This document shows, piece by piece, positions 1 through 10,705 of a stretch of 64,000 nt of DNA. Made by a program: the position numbers and the translations under genes. The notes beneath the pieces were generated by a model. That model worked only from the letters and a program-made list of their open reading frames with translations, ran no database searches and was not told the origin of the DNA. The stretch lies in the IMG/VR virus record IMGVR_UViG_3300020048_000072, positions 28,534 through 92,533 of that record; one strand, written 5' to 3'. Origin of the DNA: a virus. Position 1 is the stretch's first letter. Each line of letters starts with the position of its first letter.

Positions 1-1
1 A

Positions 2-70
2 ATTATATCTAATGAAGACATATCTGAAGGGTATGAAACATTACTTAATTTATTTAATAAGGAAGACTAG
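2..70 (+). CDS. 3' end of an upstream gene (partial, hypothetical)
   Basis: Open frame IISNEDISEGYETLLNLFNKED* ends at TAG 68-70, directly before the next ATG. Confidence 0.55.
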   Translation: MISNEDISEGYETLLNLFNKED

Positions 71-394
71 ATGCTTGATTTAGAGCTAAGCGGATTTTGC
101 AAAGTTGCAAATGATCCAAGATTAGTTGATGTCGGAAATACTGTTAAAGTTACATTTTCTGGAGTGATAGAAGAAAAAAGAGTTATTAAAAGCACTGGAG
201 AACAAACTAAAACTGCACATTTTTTTGAATTTGAATGTTGGGATAGTGCTGCTAGATTTATATTTGAAAATATTAATAGGGGAGATTTGTTATATGTTAA
301 GGCATCCCCTAGAGAAGAACTAATTGATTTTGATAATTATACAAAGAAAAGGATATTCTTTAGAATTAATCATTTCCGTGCTTTTGAAAACTAA
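71..394 (+). CDS. ssb: Single-stranded DNA-binding protein (OB fold, no acidic tail)
   Basis: SSB-like pattern: VANDPRL, TAHFFEFECWDSAA, RGDLLYVKA. Confidence 0.7.
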   Translation: MLDLELSGFCKVANDPRLVDVGNTVKVTFSGVIEEKRVIKSTGEQTKTAHFFEFECWDSAARFIFENINRGDLLYVKASPREELIDFDNYTKKRIFFRINHFRAFEN

Positions 395-402
395 GAGGAA
401 AG

Positions 403-1947
403 ATGACAAATATTGTTGTAGTCACTGAAATTACTACTTTGAATTCTGGTTTAGCTATTTACGGTAGAAATCTTATTCATCTATTAATTGAACGTGGACA
501 TAGGGTTACTGAATTTGCTATTGGGTTTACTAAAGAAATTCCAAATGTTTCTTGGGACGTAATTCTTAATCAGCCACAACCACATGAAGAAGAAGAATAT
601 AATTATAATCCTAATAATGTAAATGGTCAGTGGAAATTTGAAAAGGTTCTTTTAGAGATTAAGCCGGATCTAGTTATAGATATACGTGATGTATTTAATT
701 ATTCTTATCAAACAGCAAGTCCATATAAAGATCTATTTAACCATATAGGTATTGCTGCTGTTGATGGTATTCCTCAAAAGAAACAGTGGGTAGAAGTATT
801 TGCTGGATTAGATGGTGTTTTTACATATACAGAATGGGGAAAGAAGGTTCTTGAAAATGAAGGTATATTGGTAAATGGCGTAGCACCACCATCAGCTAGT
901 GATAGCTTTAAACCACAAGATAATACTGAACTTAAAAAGAGCGTTGGTATTGAAGACTATAGAATAGTTGGTTCTATTATGAGGAACCAACCAAGAAAAC
1001 TAATACCAGAGCTTTTTGAAGGATTTAGATTATATTTAGACAATAGTGGCGACACAAAAACCTTATTATATCTACATTCATCTTATCCTGATGTTGGGTA
1101 TAATATTCCAGAACTATTGTTGATGTTTGGATTATCTTCAAAAGTTTTATTTACCTTTTCATGTAAAAGTTGTGATGCTGTTTTTCCTTCTTTCTGGAGA
1201 GGATCTAGATCGTTTTGTCATAATTGTGGAAAGGGAAATGTTAGAACAGCAGAATTATCAGACAATATAAATGAGGAAACCTTATCTGATATAATTTCTC
1301 TGTTTGATGTATATATTCAACTTGCTGGAAGAGAGGGTTATGGAATGCCTCAGATGGAAGCTATTAAGTGTGGTAAACCAGTAGCAACTATTAATTATTC
1401 TGGTATGACTAACTTTATTGATAACTATGACGCACAAAGTATTGAACCAGACGTTTTAAAATATTCATACGATATGGATATATATGATGCTTCTATTAGT
1501 CCAACAACAGTTGCAATAGCAATAGACAATCTCTTACATGAAAAAAGAGAAAAAATAAATATTAATCAAAATTGGGAAGATTCACTGTCTCCAATATTAG
1601 ACTTTGTAGATAAGAGTAATTTTGTTGGAAAATGGGATTCAAAAAACTATGATATTAAACCATTTCCACAATATAGAGAAATTAAATGTTCTAATTATGA
1701 CTATGCTAAATATCTTATTTTAAATGTTTTACAGAAACCACAATATTTATCCTCTTTAATGTTTACTAGATTAGTTGAAGATCTAAATTATGGGTTTACT
1801 TTTGGTAGGCATTATGGAACATATTTAGTTGAGCCACAAAATGCAAAAGGTAAAACTATTCCTTTTGATAGAGAAGTTGCTTATGTTTATTTAGCTGAAG
1901 AAAGAGAAAGAATTAATTTGTGGGAACAGGAGAGAAAAAATTATTAA
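403..1947 (+). CDS. Glycosyltransferase, GT-B/GT4-like, with Zn-ribbon insertion
   Basis: RNQPRK, EGYGMPQMEAIKCGKP (EX7E motif), CKSC...CHNC. Confidence 0.85.
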   Translation: MTNIVVVTEITTLNSGLAIYGRNLIHLLIERGHRVTEFAIGFTKEIPNVSWDVILNQPQPHEEEEYNYNPNNVNGQWKFEKVLLEIKPDLVIDIRDVFNYSYQTASPYKDLFNHIGIAAVDGIPQKKQWVEVFAGLDGVFTYTEWGKKVLENEGILVNGVAPPSASDSFKPQDNTELKKSVGIEDYRIVGSIMRNQPRKLIPELFEGFRLYLDNSGDTKTLLYLHSSYPDVGYNIPELLLMFGLSSKVLFTFSCKSCDAVFPSFWRGSRSFCHNCGKGNVRTAELSDNINEETLSDIISLFDVYIQLAGREGYGMPQMEAIKCGKPVATINYSGMTNFIDNYDAQSIEPDVLKYSYDMDIYDASISPTTVAIAIDNLLHEKREKININQNWEDSLSPILDFVDKSNFVGKWDSKNYDIKPFPQYREIKCSNYDYAKYLILNVLQKPQYLSSLMFTRLVEDLNYGFTFGRHYGTYLVEPQNAKGKTIPFDREVAYVYLAEERERINLWEQERKNY

Positions 1948-3034
1948 AATACATTATATATCTCATTTATTTGAAAACTCTGGCTGGGGTCGTTCCTGTA
2001 GGGAGCTAATTCGTGCATTAAATGAATTTGGTGTTGAACTTACCTGCTCTCCGGTTATATTGAGTAAGACAAGACGAATAAACGGAAAATATTCTTTTAT
2101 TAATGAACTGGTAAACAAAGACATAGGAAAACCAGACTACGTTATTCAACATGTATTACCTCACTACATGCAGTATAATGGAAATTATAAAAAAAATGTT
2201 GGATATGCTATGTTAGAAACATCTAGTATATCATCAACAAAAATGATTAAGTATTTAGAGGTCGTTGACGAGGTTTGGACCTGTAATGATAATTATGGTC
2301 CGTTTTCATATTATAATAAAGTAGAAACAATTCCACTACCATTTGATACTTCTATTGTAAATAGTAATATTCCCAAATTAAATATTCCTGAAATTGCACA
2401 CATGTATAAGTTTTATACTATTTGTGAATACTCAAGAAGAAAAAATATATGGGCCGGTATTAGAGCTTTTTTTAAAGCATTTAACGGAAGTGATAACGTC
2501 TGTCTTATTGTAAAGGTTTTCTCAGTAGAAAAAAATAATCTAGAATTCAAGCAAAAACTACAAGAAGAATTAGAAGTATGTAAAAGAAATTGTGGTATTG
2601 TAAATCCTCCAGAAGTACATTTTATAACAGAGTTTTTTAATGAAGAACAAATTTTATCGCTGCATAAGTATTGTGACTGTTTTATTTTACCGTCTTTTGG
2701 AGAATCTTGGTCGTATCCAATGGTAGACGCTTTAGCTTTTGGAAAACCAGTAATAACATCAAGATTGTCTGGTCCACAATATATAAGCAGATTAGGATGC
2801 GAAATATCTTTTTGCCATAGCGAAACAGATTTGTATCATGGTGAATTAGATAGAATTCCTGGATATCATACTATATATGAAGATTGTCAAAATATTAATG
2901 AAAATGATATGTCTAAAAAGATGCAGTATCATTATAAAAGAAAAGAAAATAATCAGACAGTTAATCTAAAAGCTTTAAGTAAAATATCGTTTAAAAAGGT
3001 TGGGAAAAGAATATGCGAACAATTAATGGTTTGA
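1940..3034 (+). CDS. Glycosyltransferase GT4-like; probable ATT start at 1940 (ORF track starts at 2060)
   Basis: ESWSYPMVDALAFGKPVI; in-frame upstream extension IIKIHYISHLFENSGWGRSCRELIRAL, with AGGAGA 6 nt before the ATT. Confidence 0.8.
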   Translation: MIKIHYISHLFENSGWGRSCRELIRALNEFGVELTCSPVILSKTRRINGKYSFINELVNKDIGKPDYVIQHVLPHYMQYNGNYKKNVGYAMLETSSISSTKMIKYLEVVDEVWTCNDNYGPFSYYNKVETIPLPFDTSIVNSNIPKLNIPEIAHMYKFYTICEYSRRKNIWAGIRAFFKAFNGSDNVCLIVKVFSVEKNNLEFKQKLQEELEVCKRNCGIVNPPEVHFITEFFNEEQILSLHKYCDCFILPSFGESWSYPMVDALAFGKPVITSRLSGPQYISRLGCEISFCHSETDLYHGELDRIPGYHTIYEDCQNINENDMSKKMQYHYKRKENNQTVNLKALSKISFKKVGKRICEQLMV

Positions 3035-3993
3035 TAAATAAATATACAGATAGGAAATTGAATATATTATGCTGTCCTACTCATGAAAGATATCAAACAG
3101 GGTTTCAAGATATTGATGCTGTATTTCATATGGTACAATTTGATAGTTGTAAAGAATGGATTACGGAATACGCACCAGTTCCAAAAAACCATATTTTGTG
3201 GCATAAAGATTATATGCCTAAAGGAATAAGATTTGATTGTGCATTATCTCAACATAAGTTTGGTCAATTTCAATTTTTACAACAAATATCTAGTCAACTA
3301 AATATACCATTAATAAGCCTAGAACATACATTACCTAGACCAGATTGGTCTGAAGAAGATTTAAAAATGCTTAAGAATATGCGTGGAGACGTTAATGTTT
3401 TTATTTCCGAATTTTCAAAGGGTAAGTGGCTTTTCAATGATATTCCAAACAGCTTTATTGTTCATCATATGGTGGATTCTGATTTATTTAAACCAAAAAC
3501 TTATAGGGTAAATAAAGTTTTATCTGTTGTTAATGATTTTAAAAATAGAGATATTTTCTGCGGATATACTATCTATCAGAATATTGTTGAATTAGTTGAA
3601 ATAGATAATTTTACTCTTGTTGGTGATAATCCTGGTATGTCAGAAAAGGCTAGGTCAACAGAAGATCTATCTAATATTTATTCTTCCCATGAAATCTTTT
3701 TAAATACTTCTACCGTTAGTCCAATTCCAACTAGTCTTTTAGAAGCTATGTCTTCAGGCTGTGCGGTTGTTTCAACGGCAACATGTATGATTCCAGAAAT
3801 TATTAAAAATGGTGTTAATGGATTCTTATCTAATGATGAAGAAGAACTATCTGAGTATATTCAATTACTACTAAAAGACACAAAGTTAGCAAGAAGAATT
3901 GGTGACGAAGCCAGAAAAACAATTATTAAAGATTTTAGTAAAGAAAAATTTAATAAAACATGGTCTCATATTTTTAGGAGTGTTTGTAAATGA
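3013..3993 (+). CDS. Glycosyltransferase GT4-like
   Basis: FLNTSTVSPIPTSLLEAMSSGCAVVST...IIKNGVNGF. Confidence 0.88.
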   Translation: MRTINGLINKYTDRKLNILCCPTHERYQTGFQDIDAVFHMVQFDSCKEWITEYAPVPKNHILWHKDYMPKGIRFDCALSQHKFGQFQFLQQISSQLNIPLISLEHTLPRPDWSEEDLKMLKNMRGDVNVFISEFSKGKWLFNDIPNSFIVHHMVDSDLFKPKTYRVNKVLSVVNDFKNRDIFCGYTIYQNIVELVEIDNFTLVGDNPGMSEKARSTEDLSNIYSSHEIFLNTSTVSPIPTSLLEAMSSGCAVVSTATCMIPEIIKNGVNGFLSNDEEELSEYIQLLLKDTKLARRIGDEARKTIIKDFSKEKFNKTWSHIFRSVCK

Positions 3994-4406
3994 AGGTTTT
4001 TTTAACTAATAATGATATTGGACCAATAGGATATAAGATATTTAGTTTATATGATCTTAATAATATATGCGATGGCGAATGCTATGAAATATATCTTGAT
4101 GATTATTTAATTAATTCTTTCCCTATAGATACTCTAATAAATAGTTTAGAAGATGTTCTTTCTTCTATTTTAAATAAAGTAGCAATTAATGGAATTATTA
4201 TTATTACAGGCGTTGATATAGATTTATTCGCAAGAGATCTTGTGTGGGGTAATTTAAGTTATGATACTAAGCAGAGTATTATGGAAGAAGTAAAAAACGC
4301 TATTACCTGGAAAGAAGTTAAAACAATTTTACTAGATAGAGGATTTAGTATTAGTCGTGTTGAATTAAATGGTTATGAATTTATTATAGAGGCAAAACGT
4401 GATTAA
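3990..4406 (+). CDS. Hypothetical protein (possibly degenerate methyltransferase-like)
   Basis: Overlapping start/stop inside the operon; only weak Rossmann-like pattern. Confidence 0.55.
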   Translation: MKVFLTNNDIGPIGYKIFSLYDLNNICDGECYEIYLDDYLINSFPIDTLINSLEDVLSSILNKVAINGIIIITGVDIDLFARDLVWGNLSYDTKQSIMEEVKNAITWKEVKTILLDRGFSISRVELNGYEFIIEAKRD

Positions 4407-5130
4407 AACAACTTGTGAAAAATGTATTTTTAAATTAGAAAAAGACGGTGATCAATATGGTTGCTATGTAGGTAAACTAGACAAATTCTTAGAAAATAGT
4501 TCAGCAACCAAAGAAAAAAACTATTATGCTATTAGTAGGATGTGTAATAGTTGTAGAGATACCCCAAAGTCATCAGACTTAGATAGCGATGCAAAACTTG
4601 TTAATGAAGAAAATAAGACTAATTTTTATCTTTTTATTAACTGTTGCGATAACGATATTATACCACAAAAAACAATTGAATCATTAAAGTCTCTTGAGTA
4701 TACTAATCTTACCGTTCACTTCATATTTAATAGTGGTAAATTCGTTACTTTGTTTTCTGAAATTAACGATCTAATTGATGGTGATTTTAAATTTAGGGTT
4801 AGTAAAATAATTAAAGACGAAGATGTACATTATACAATAACCTCTACAATTAATCAACTTGATAAAAATTATTTCATTGGTTTTGTCGATTGTAATAACG
4901 AGATAGATAATACTATTTTTGAAGATATTGATAATAAGGTAAATAAAGAACTTAATCAACTAATATGTTATGTTGATGAAAATATGATTTTGATATATAA
5001 CAATATGTTGTCTATTTTATGCAAGCAGACTGGTAACACTTTTGATATAGATTTTTATATTAGTAGTATTTTAGCATGGGCAGAAAGTGAAAATCAAATG
5101 GAGATGGTATGGATAAAAGAGTATGCGTGA
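4399..5130 (+). CDS. Hypothetical protein, Cys-rich N terminus, possible degenerate GT-A fold
   Basis: CEKC...C...CNSC at the N terminus; TIESLKSLEYTN resembles a GT2 N-terminal segment. Confidence 0.55.
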   Translation: MIKTTCEKCIFKLEKDGDQYGCYVGKLDKFLENSSATKEKNYYAISRMCNSCRDTPKSSDLDSDAKLVNEENKTNFYLFINCCDNDIIPQKTIESLKSLEYTNLTVHFIFNSGKFVTLFSEINDLIDGDFKFRVSKIIKDEDVHYTITSTINQLDKNYFIGFVDCNNEIDNTIFEDIDNKVNKELNQLICYVDENMILIYNNMLSILCKQTGNTFDIDFYISSILAWAESENQMEMVWIKEYA

Positions 5131-5849
5131 TTTGCGCCCACAAAAATTATTTAAATTATTTACCATTTGCTGTTGAGAGTTTTGAAGATCAAACATATAA
5201 AAATTGTCATCTATGCGTGATAGATGATGGTTCGTCGGGAAATATTACCGATGTATCACAGACAATATTTAAAGAAAGTGAAATTGAATTTGTTGGATTT
5301 GTTGGAGATTATACTGTTGTTAGTGGGCCAAAGAAAACTTTAATATATTTAGACCAAAATGTAGGACCATCAAAAGCAAGAAATATCGGTATCGAATACA
5401 TGTTAGATAAATCTGACTTATTCCTTATTTTAGATGCTGACGATCAGATGCTTAGTAATAAAGTTGAGATTCTTGTAAAAGAGATTGAAAAGGATATAAA
5501 TAATATAGGCGTTGTTTATGCTGATTATTTCATAATAGACGAAGATACAAAAGTTATAAAGCAGGAATTTAAGAAACCGTATGACAAAGCAGTATTAGAT
5601 TATGAATGTATAGTACATAGCGGATCTTTAATAAATAAACTTGCTATTGAAAAATGCGGACTATACGATGAAACCTTAAGAACTTGCGAAGATTATAATT
5701 TGTGGCGACGGATTTCTAAAAAATTTATTATTAAACATGTTCCAGAGTTTCTAACAATAGTTTTAAACCATAGGAATAATTCCACATTCTCTGTTCCTGC
5801 TGAAGTATGGCAAGAAAATTTTAAAAGGGCAATTTCTGATGAAAGGTAA
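5109..5849 (+). CDS. Glycosyltransferase family 2
   Basis: VIDDGS, GPSKARNIG, ILDADD, CEDYNLW. Confidence 0.92.
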   Translation: MDKRVCVICAHKNYLNYLPFAVESFEDQTYKNCHLCVIDDGSSGNITDVSQTIFKESEIEFVGFVGDYTVVSGPKKTLIYLDQNVGPSKARNIGIEYMLDKSDLFLILDADDQMLSNKVEILVKEIEKDINNIGVVYADYFIIDEDTKVIKQEFKKPYDKAVLDYECIVHSGSLINKLAIEKCGLYDETLRTCEDYNLWRRISKKFIIKHVPEFLTIVLNHRNNSTFSVPAEVWQENFKRAISDER

Positions 5850-6507
5850 ACATATATATTCTCTTCGTGGTGATAAGCACCAAAATAGCGTTACAGTATG
5901 TATAAATGCTGCACAACCCGTCAGTAACAGAAAAAACATTGGACCACGATGTTTATTAAAATATAAAGATTCTACCGTTATCGAACATCAGATAGATCTA
6001 ATTAAAAGATCTTTTGAGTTTCCTGAGATTATAATTATAAGCGGGTTTTCTACTAAGACAATTTATCAGAATAGACCAGAAGGAACAAAAATAGTAGAAA
6101 ATCAATTATATGAAAGTACAAGAGATTGTGAGCAAATTAGATTAGTAAGTCAGGTTGCCCAAAATGATAATCTAATATTTATTCCTGATAATATGATGTT
6201 ATCAAGAGAAGATTTGCAAATGATGGTAAAACAATCTACAGTTTTAACATCTAATGATATGCTTAGTGAAAAAGTTGTTTTATTTGAGAAGGGAAAATTG
6301 GTAGATTTTGTTTATCATAAAAATGATGATTCTAACTTTTATGCTAATTGTTATTCCTTACAAGGTAAAGAATTAAAACTTGCTAATAATTTTTCATTCA
6401 ATAATCAATATTCAACATATTTAGATAGTGAGGTTTTATCACAGGTTGTTAAGCAGGGTGGCGAAATTTTTGTTAAAGAGTCTTTATCTGCGGAGTTTGT
6501 AGTTTGA
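5839..6507 (+). CDS. Nucleotidyltransferase-like protein (LicC/NTP_transferase fold, degenerate)
   Basis: INAA...GPRCLLKYKDSTVIEHQI...IIIISGF...IVENQLYEST. Confidence 0.65.
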   Translation: MKGKHIYSLRGDKHQNSVTVCINAAQPVSNRKNIGPRCLLKYKDSTVIEHQIDLIKRSFEFPEIIIISGFSTKTIYQNRPEGTKIVENQLYESTRDCEQIRLVSQVAQNDNLIFIPDNMMLSREDLQMMVKQSTVLTSNDMLSEKVVLFEKGKLVDFVYHKNDDSNFYANCYSLQGKELKLANNFSFNNQYSTYLDSEVLSQVVKQGGEIFVKESLSAEFVV

Positions 6508-7523
6508 AAATTTTAATTGAAAATAATGATACTAATGCTCACTACTATATTAATAAAGGTTTAGCAAACGCATTTAATTATGTAGGTCATGAGGTATATT
6601 TGTGGAACACTTGGGAAAATTGTGCATTTGATGTTTTTAATTCGTTTGAGCCACATATTTTTATTGGTAATGTTCACACTCTAAAGGTAGATATACATAA
6701 GTGTATTGAACGTAGACCACACCTAAAAGTAATTATGAAAGGTCCGGATTTTGGTCCTTTATCAGAAATTGTTGCAAAAGAATATCCAATTCTATATATG
6801 AATGATGAATATTTATCCTCCTTAAAACTATTGAAAGAAAAGACCGGAAAGCCAGATTATGTCTTTGTTCATTATCCTGAAAAATATTTGAGTCAGACTC
6901 ATGGTTATTATGATAGATTAGATATAAAATATATGAGCTTATTAAATGCTGCAGATTTGATAGAGTACTCAAACGGCAAATTTGATGATCGACTAGCTTG
7001 TGATATTGGGTATATTGGTGGTTGGTGGAACTACAAAGCTAATAATTTAGACCCATACATAACTTCTTTATGTTCAGATTTTTCTAAAAATATTAAAATA
7101 TTCGGGAATAGTCCTTGGCCATGCCCACAATATTGTGGATTTTTACCAACAGAAAAAGCTAAAGATCTATTTGTATCTGCCAAGATTAATTTAAATGTTC
7201 ACGAACCTCATTCACAAAAGTACGGTTTTGATGTTGTAGAAAGGCCTTTCAAAGTTTGTATGTCTGGCGGGTTTTTGATTTCCGATTATGTTGAAGGATT
7301 AAAAGATATTTTTCCTGCTATACCTATGGGTACAACAGTGGACGATTTTCATAATTTGATTGATTATTATATAACAAGACCAAAAGACAGAAAAGACATT
7401 TCTATTGAGTGCCAAAAAATAGCACTAAAAAATCATACTTATTTTAACAGAGGAAAACTTATATTAAATAATTTAGGATTTCGATCTCCTGAATTTGATA
7501 ATATTATAGAGAGACTAAGATGA
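6504..7523 (+). CDS. CgeB-like glycosyltransferase (Glyco_trans_1_2)
   Basis: SAKINLNVH...ERPFKVCMSGGFLISD...HTYFNR. Confidence 0.82.
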   Translation: MKILIENNDTNAHYYINKGLANAFNYVGHEVYLWNTWENCAFDVFNSFEPHIFIGNVHTLKVDIHKCIERRPHLKVIMKGPDFGPLSEIVAKEYPILYMNDEYLSSLKLLKEKTGKPDYVFVHYPEKYLSQTHGYYDRLDIKYMSLLNAADLIEYSNGKFDDRLACDIGYIGGWWNYKANNLDPYITSLCSDFSKNIKIFGNSPWPCPQYCGFLPTEKAKDLFVSAKINLNVHEPHSQKYGFDVVERPFKVCMSGGFLISDYVEGLKDIFPAIPMGTTVDDFHNLIDYYITRPKDRKDISIECQKIALKNHTYFNRGKLILNNLGFRSPEFDNIIERLR

Positions 7524-8179
7524 AAAAATTAACACACTTTGTAAAACCATCTAATATTACTCCAACAAAATATAGATCTCAATTTATTAAGAATCATCAA
7601 GAAAAGATACTTCAGTCTGGTGATGTTTATTGTTTTGGGGTTTTTTCTGGATGGTCAATGGTAGATGAAGTAAACGGACTTTTATCAGTAGGAAAAAATA
7701 TTGGAAACGTTTGGGGTTTTGATAGTTTTTGTGGACTACCAAAAGAAGAAGCAGAATCATTATATTGTGAAGAATGGGGAGAGGGCGAATTTAGTTCTTG
7801 TGCTTATCTAGATACTGATGATCCCAATATAGCCGCACAAGCTATTAATAAGTTTGTGATAGATAAAACAGGTCATAAAAATATAGAAATGATAGTTGGG
7901 TTTTATAAAGATAGTTTATTTCCTTATAACAAATATAATCCAGCAATTTTAATTGATATTGATACAGATATTTATTCTTCTGCTTTAGAAGCTCTTAATT
8001 TCATGTTTTCACAAAAGCTAGTTGTTGAAGGCACAGCAATTATTTATGATGATTGGAAAGGAACTTCTTTAGGAGAGGGTAGAGCACATATTGAAATAGA
8101 AAAAGGTTATGGCGTTGAGTTTGAACATATTTGTGGAGACGGTGAAAGAATGTATATTGTAAGAGGAATTAATGTCTAA
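7520..8179 (+). CDS. TylF/MycF-type sugar O-methyltransferase
   Basis: FGVFSGWS, WGFDSFCGLP, IDTDIYSS, IIYDDW. Confidence 0.85.
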   Translation: MKKLTHFVKPSNITPTKYRSQFIKNHQEKILQSGDVYCFGVFSGWSMVDEVNGLLSVGKNIGNVWGFDSFCGLPKEEAESLYCEEWGEGEFSSCAYLDTDDPNIAAQAINKFVIDKTGHKNIEMIVGFYKDSLFPYNKYNPAILIDIDTDIYSSALEALNFMFSQKLVVEGTAIIYDDWKGTSLGEGRAHIEIEKGYGVEFEHICGDGERMYIVRGINV

Positions 8180-9056
8180 AAGAATTTTACTAACTGGTTG
8201 TACTGGTGGAATAGGTCGTCACACATATCATTATTTAAAAAATGAAGGTTATGATATTACTGGTTGTTGTCGCAATCTTGACAAAGCAAAAGAATTAGAA
8301 ATTGATAAAGTATTAGAGGTTGATTTAACATCTAGGCTTTCAGTTAAAAAAATGATTAGCAAGGTAAATCCTGATATAGTTATTCACTTAGCGGCAATAT
8401 CTTCTCCTGGATCAGTAAGAACAAGTAAAGAGTTTCTTAATAACAACGTTAATGCAACACAATATATACTTGAAAACATAGAAGATAAAAAGATTATTTA
8501 TTCTAGTTCTGTGGTTGTATATGGAGATCAATTTGATTGTAACGAAGATTATAATTCAAAACCAACTACTCTATACGGTGCCACAAAAATGATGTCAGAG
8601 TCATTAATTCATGCTGCATATAAAACGTATAATATAAAACATTGTATTCTAAGATTGTGTGCTACTGTTGGTAGTGGAATGACTCATGGACTTATTCCAG
8701 ATCTACAAAGAAAACTTAAATTACCGGAAGCAACGTTATTTGGTAGAAAACCAGGAAGTGCAAAACCTTATATTCATATTGATGATGTTGTAAGAATTAT
8801 AGAAATGAGTTTAGCGAATAAATTTTCTAGAACAACAATGAATGTATGCACCAAAGGAATCCTAACTGTAGATCAAATTAGGTCTATGTTTGATCCAAGT
8901 AATCAATGTAATATAACATGGGATGCAACAAAAGTATTTAAAGGAGATAATAAAACTATCGACTGTAGAAATAATAAACTTTGCTCTCATTATAATATGA
9001 AATATCCAACATCAAAAGAAGTAATAGAAGCAATAGTGAGGCAATCAAATGCATAA
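8172..9056 (+). CDS. NAD-dependent epimerase/dehydratase (extended SDR)
   Basis: TGCTGGIG, HLAA, SSSVVVYG, YGATK. Confidence 0.9.
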   Translation: MSKRILLTGCTGGIGRHTYHYLKNEGYDITGCCRNLDKAKELEIDKVLEVDLTSRLSVKKMISKVNPDIVIHLAAISSPGSVRTSKEFLNNNVNATQYILENIEDKKIIYSSSVVVYGDQFDCNEDYNSKPTTLYGATKMMSESLIHAAYKTYNIKHCILRLCATVGSGMTHGLIPDLQRKLKLPEATLFGRKPGSAKPYIHIDDVVRIIEMSLANKFSRTTMNVCTKGILTVDQIRSMFDPSNQCNITWDATKVFKGDNKTIDCRNNKLCSHYNMKYPTSKEVIEAIVRQSNA

Positions 9057-9741
9057 GCAATGGGAACTTTTCTCAAGAAATATTGATAGTTATTTAGACA
9101 CAAACGGTTTTGATGAATTCTGGAAATGCCCAGCTATTGGTCAAACAATGTATTTTTCGTCTATGGATTATTGTAAAGACAGATTAGATTTTTGTGAAGA
9201 CGTTTTTGGTGCAGCAGAACTAAAAAAGGTATTTAACTACGATAAATCTGAACGCAAAAAATTGTTTGGGTATAATACAAACACAAACACAATTCATCAA
9301 TTGTACCACTTAGCTAAATATGTTGATTGGAATAATTTATTTGGAGATGTTATTCTAGAGGTTGGAGCAGGATATGGTGAATTATGCAGATTGATACATG
9401 CTCTTGGATGGAAAGGAAAATATATTATTCATGACCTACCAAGTCAAGAACGTTTGCAAAGATGGTATTTGGATGGAATTAAAGATATTTCATGGAATAA
9501 AAATGTTGATGATTGCGATCTATTTATTGCTATGTGGTCTATTTCAGAATTTCCAGAAGAAGAAAGAAGGAAGTATTTGAATATTGAAAATGATGGATTT
9601 ATGATGGCTTACGGAGATTCATTCTTTGATGTTGATAATAGAATTTTCTTTAATCTATTTACTGATGATAAAGAGGATTATGAATTTATTCATCTTAATC
9701 ATCCGTTTTTAGAAAATCAATACTATTTATTTGGGAGATAA
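9049..9741 (+). CDS. Putative sugar O-methyltransferase
   Basis: ILEVGAGYGELCR, HDLP, DLFIAMWSISE. Confidence 0.78.
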   Translation: MHKQWELFSRNIDSYLDTNGFDEFWKCPAIGQTMYFSSMDYCKDRLDFCEDVFGAAELKKVFNYDKSERKKLFGYNTNTNTIHQLYHLAKYVDWNNLFGDVILEVGAGYGELCRLIHALGWKGKYIIHDLPSQERLQRWYLDGIKDISWNKNVDDCDLFIAMWSISEFPEEERRKYLNIENDGFMMAYGDSFFDVDNRIFFNLFTDDKEDYEFIHLNHPFLENQYYLFGR

Positions 9742-9742
9742 T

Positions 9743-10705
9743 ATGAAGGTTGTAGTTTTTGGTGGTGCTGGATTTATTGGTTGTACTCTTGTTGAAAAAC
9801 TATTAGATCAATTTTTTGAAGTTTATGTTATTGATAACTTTAGAAAAGGAATTGAGTCTGTTGCGTCTTTTATGCCTCGTAATAGACTAGATATTAGATA
9901 TGGTGATATTAGAAATATTCATCAAATCAAAAAACAAATTATAGAAATTGATCCTGATGTTATTGTTCTCGCGTCTGGTATTGTTGGTTTGGATGACTGC
10001 AATAACAATCCCGAAGAAACAAAAAGAGTTAATGTTGATGGCTGGCGTAATGTAGCAGATGCTTGTGTTGGTTATCCTATTATTGGGTTATCAACAGGAA
10101 GTGTTTATGGTAAACTAGAAGAGGTTTGTACAGAAGATTCTCCATGTAATCCGGTTTCTCTTTATGGAACAACAAAATTAGAAGGGGAAAAACCTATTTT
10201 GGATGTTGGCGGTGTGATTTATAGATATGCTACTGCTGGTGGAGTTTCAAGAAATATGAGAATGAATTTAATTCCAAACATGCTTACATACGATGCTATT
10301 AAAGATAAGAAACTAGATATTTATCAACCTGGTGCAAAAAGAACTTTTATTGATATCGAAGATTTTGCTAATTCTATTATTTTTGCTATAAATAACCATC
10401 CTTTTATGCGTGGTAAAATTTATAATGTTGGGGATAATGATAATAATTGGACTAAGAAACAAATAGCAGAATATATTCAAAAGAAAACAAGATGTGAGTT
10501 AACGTATAATAGTGATAAAGAAGATCCAGATCTTCGCGATTATGCCGTGGATTTTTCACGAATCAATAAATTAGGCTTTAAATGTAAAAAATCTGTAGAG
10601 AATATGGTAGACGATCTATACGAATATTTTATAGAACAAACATATTCTAAATATGAACTTGATCCAGAATATGTTGATATGTATTTTAGTAAGGAGAATA
10701 AATAA
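9743..10705 (+). CDS. NAD-dependent epimerase/dehydratase (extended SDR)
   Basis: GGAGFIG, STGSVYG, YGTTK; ATG at 9743 follows GGAG. Confidence 0.9.
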   Translation: MKVVVFGGAGFIGCTLVEKLLDQFFEVYVIDNFRKGIESVASFMPRNRLDIRYGDIRNIHQIKKQIIEIDPDVIVLASGIVGLDDCNNNPEETKRVNVDGWRNVADACVGYPIIGLSTGSVYGKLEEVCTEDSPCNPVSLYGTTKLEGEKPILDVGGVIYRYATAGGVSRNMRMNLIPNMLTYDAIKDKKLDIYQPGAKRTFIDIEDFANSIIFAINNHPFMRGKIYNVGDNDNNWTKKQIAEYIQKKTRCELTYNSDKEDPDLRDYAVDFSRINKLGFKCKKSVENMVDDLYEYFIEQTYSKYELDPEYVDMYFSKENK

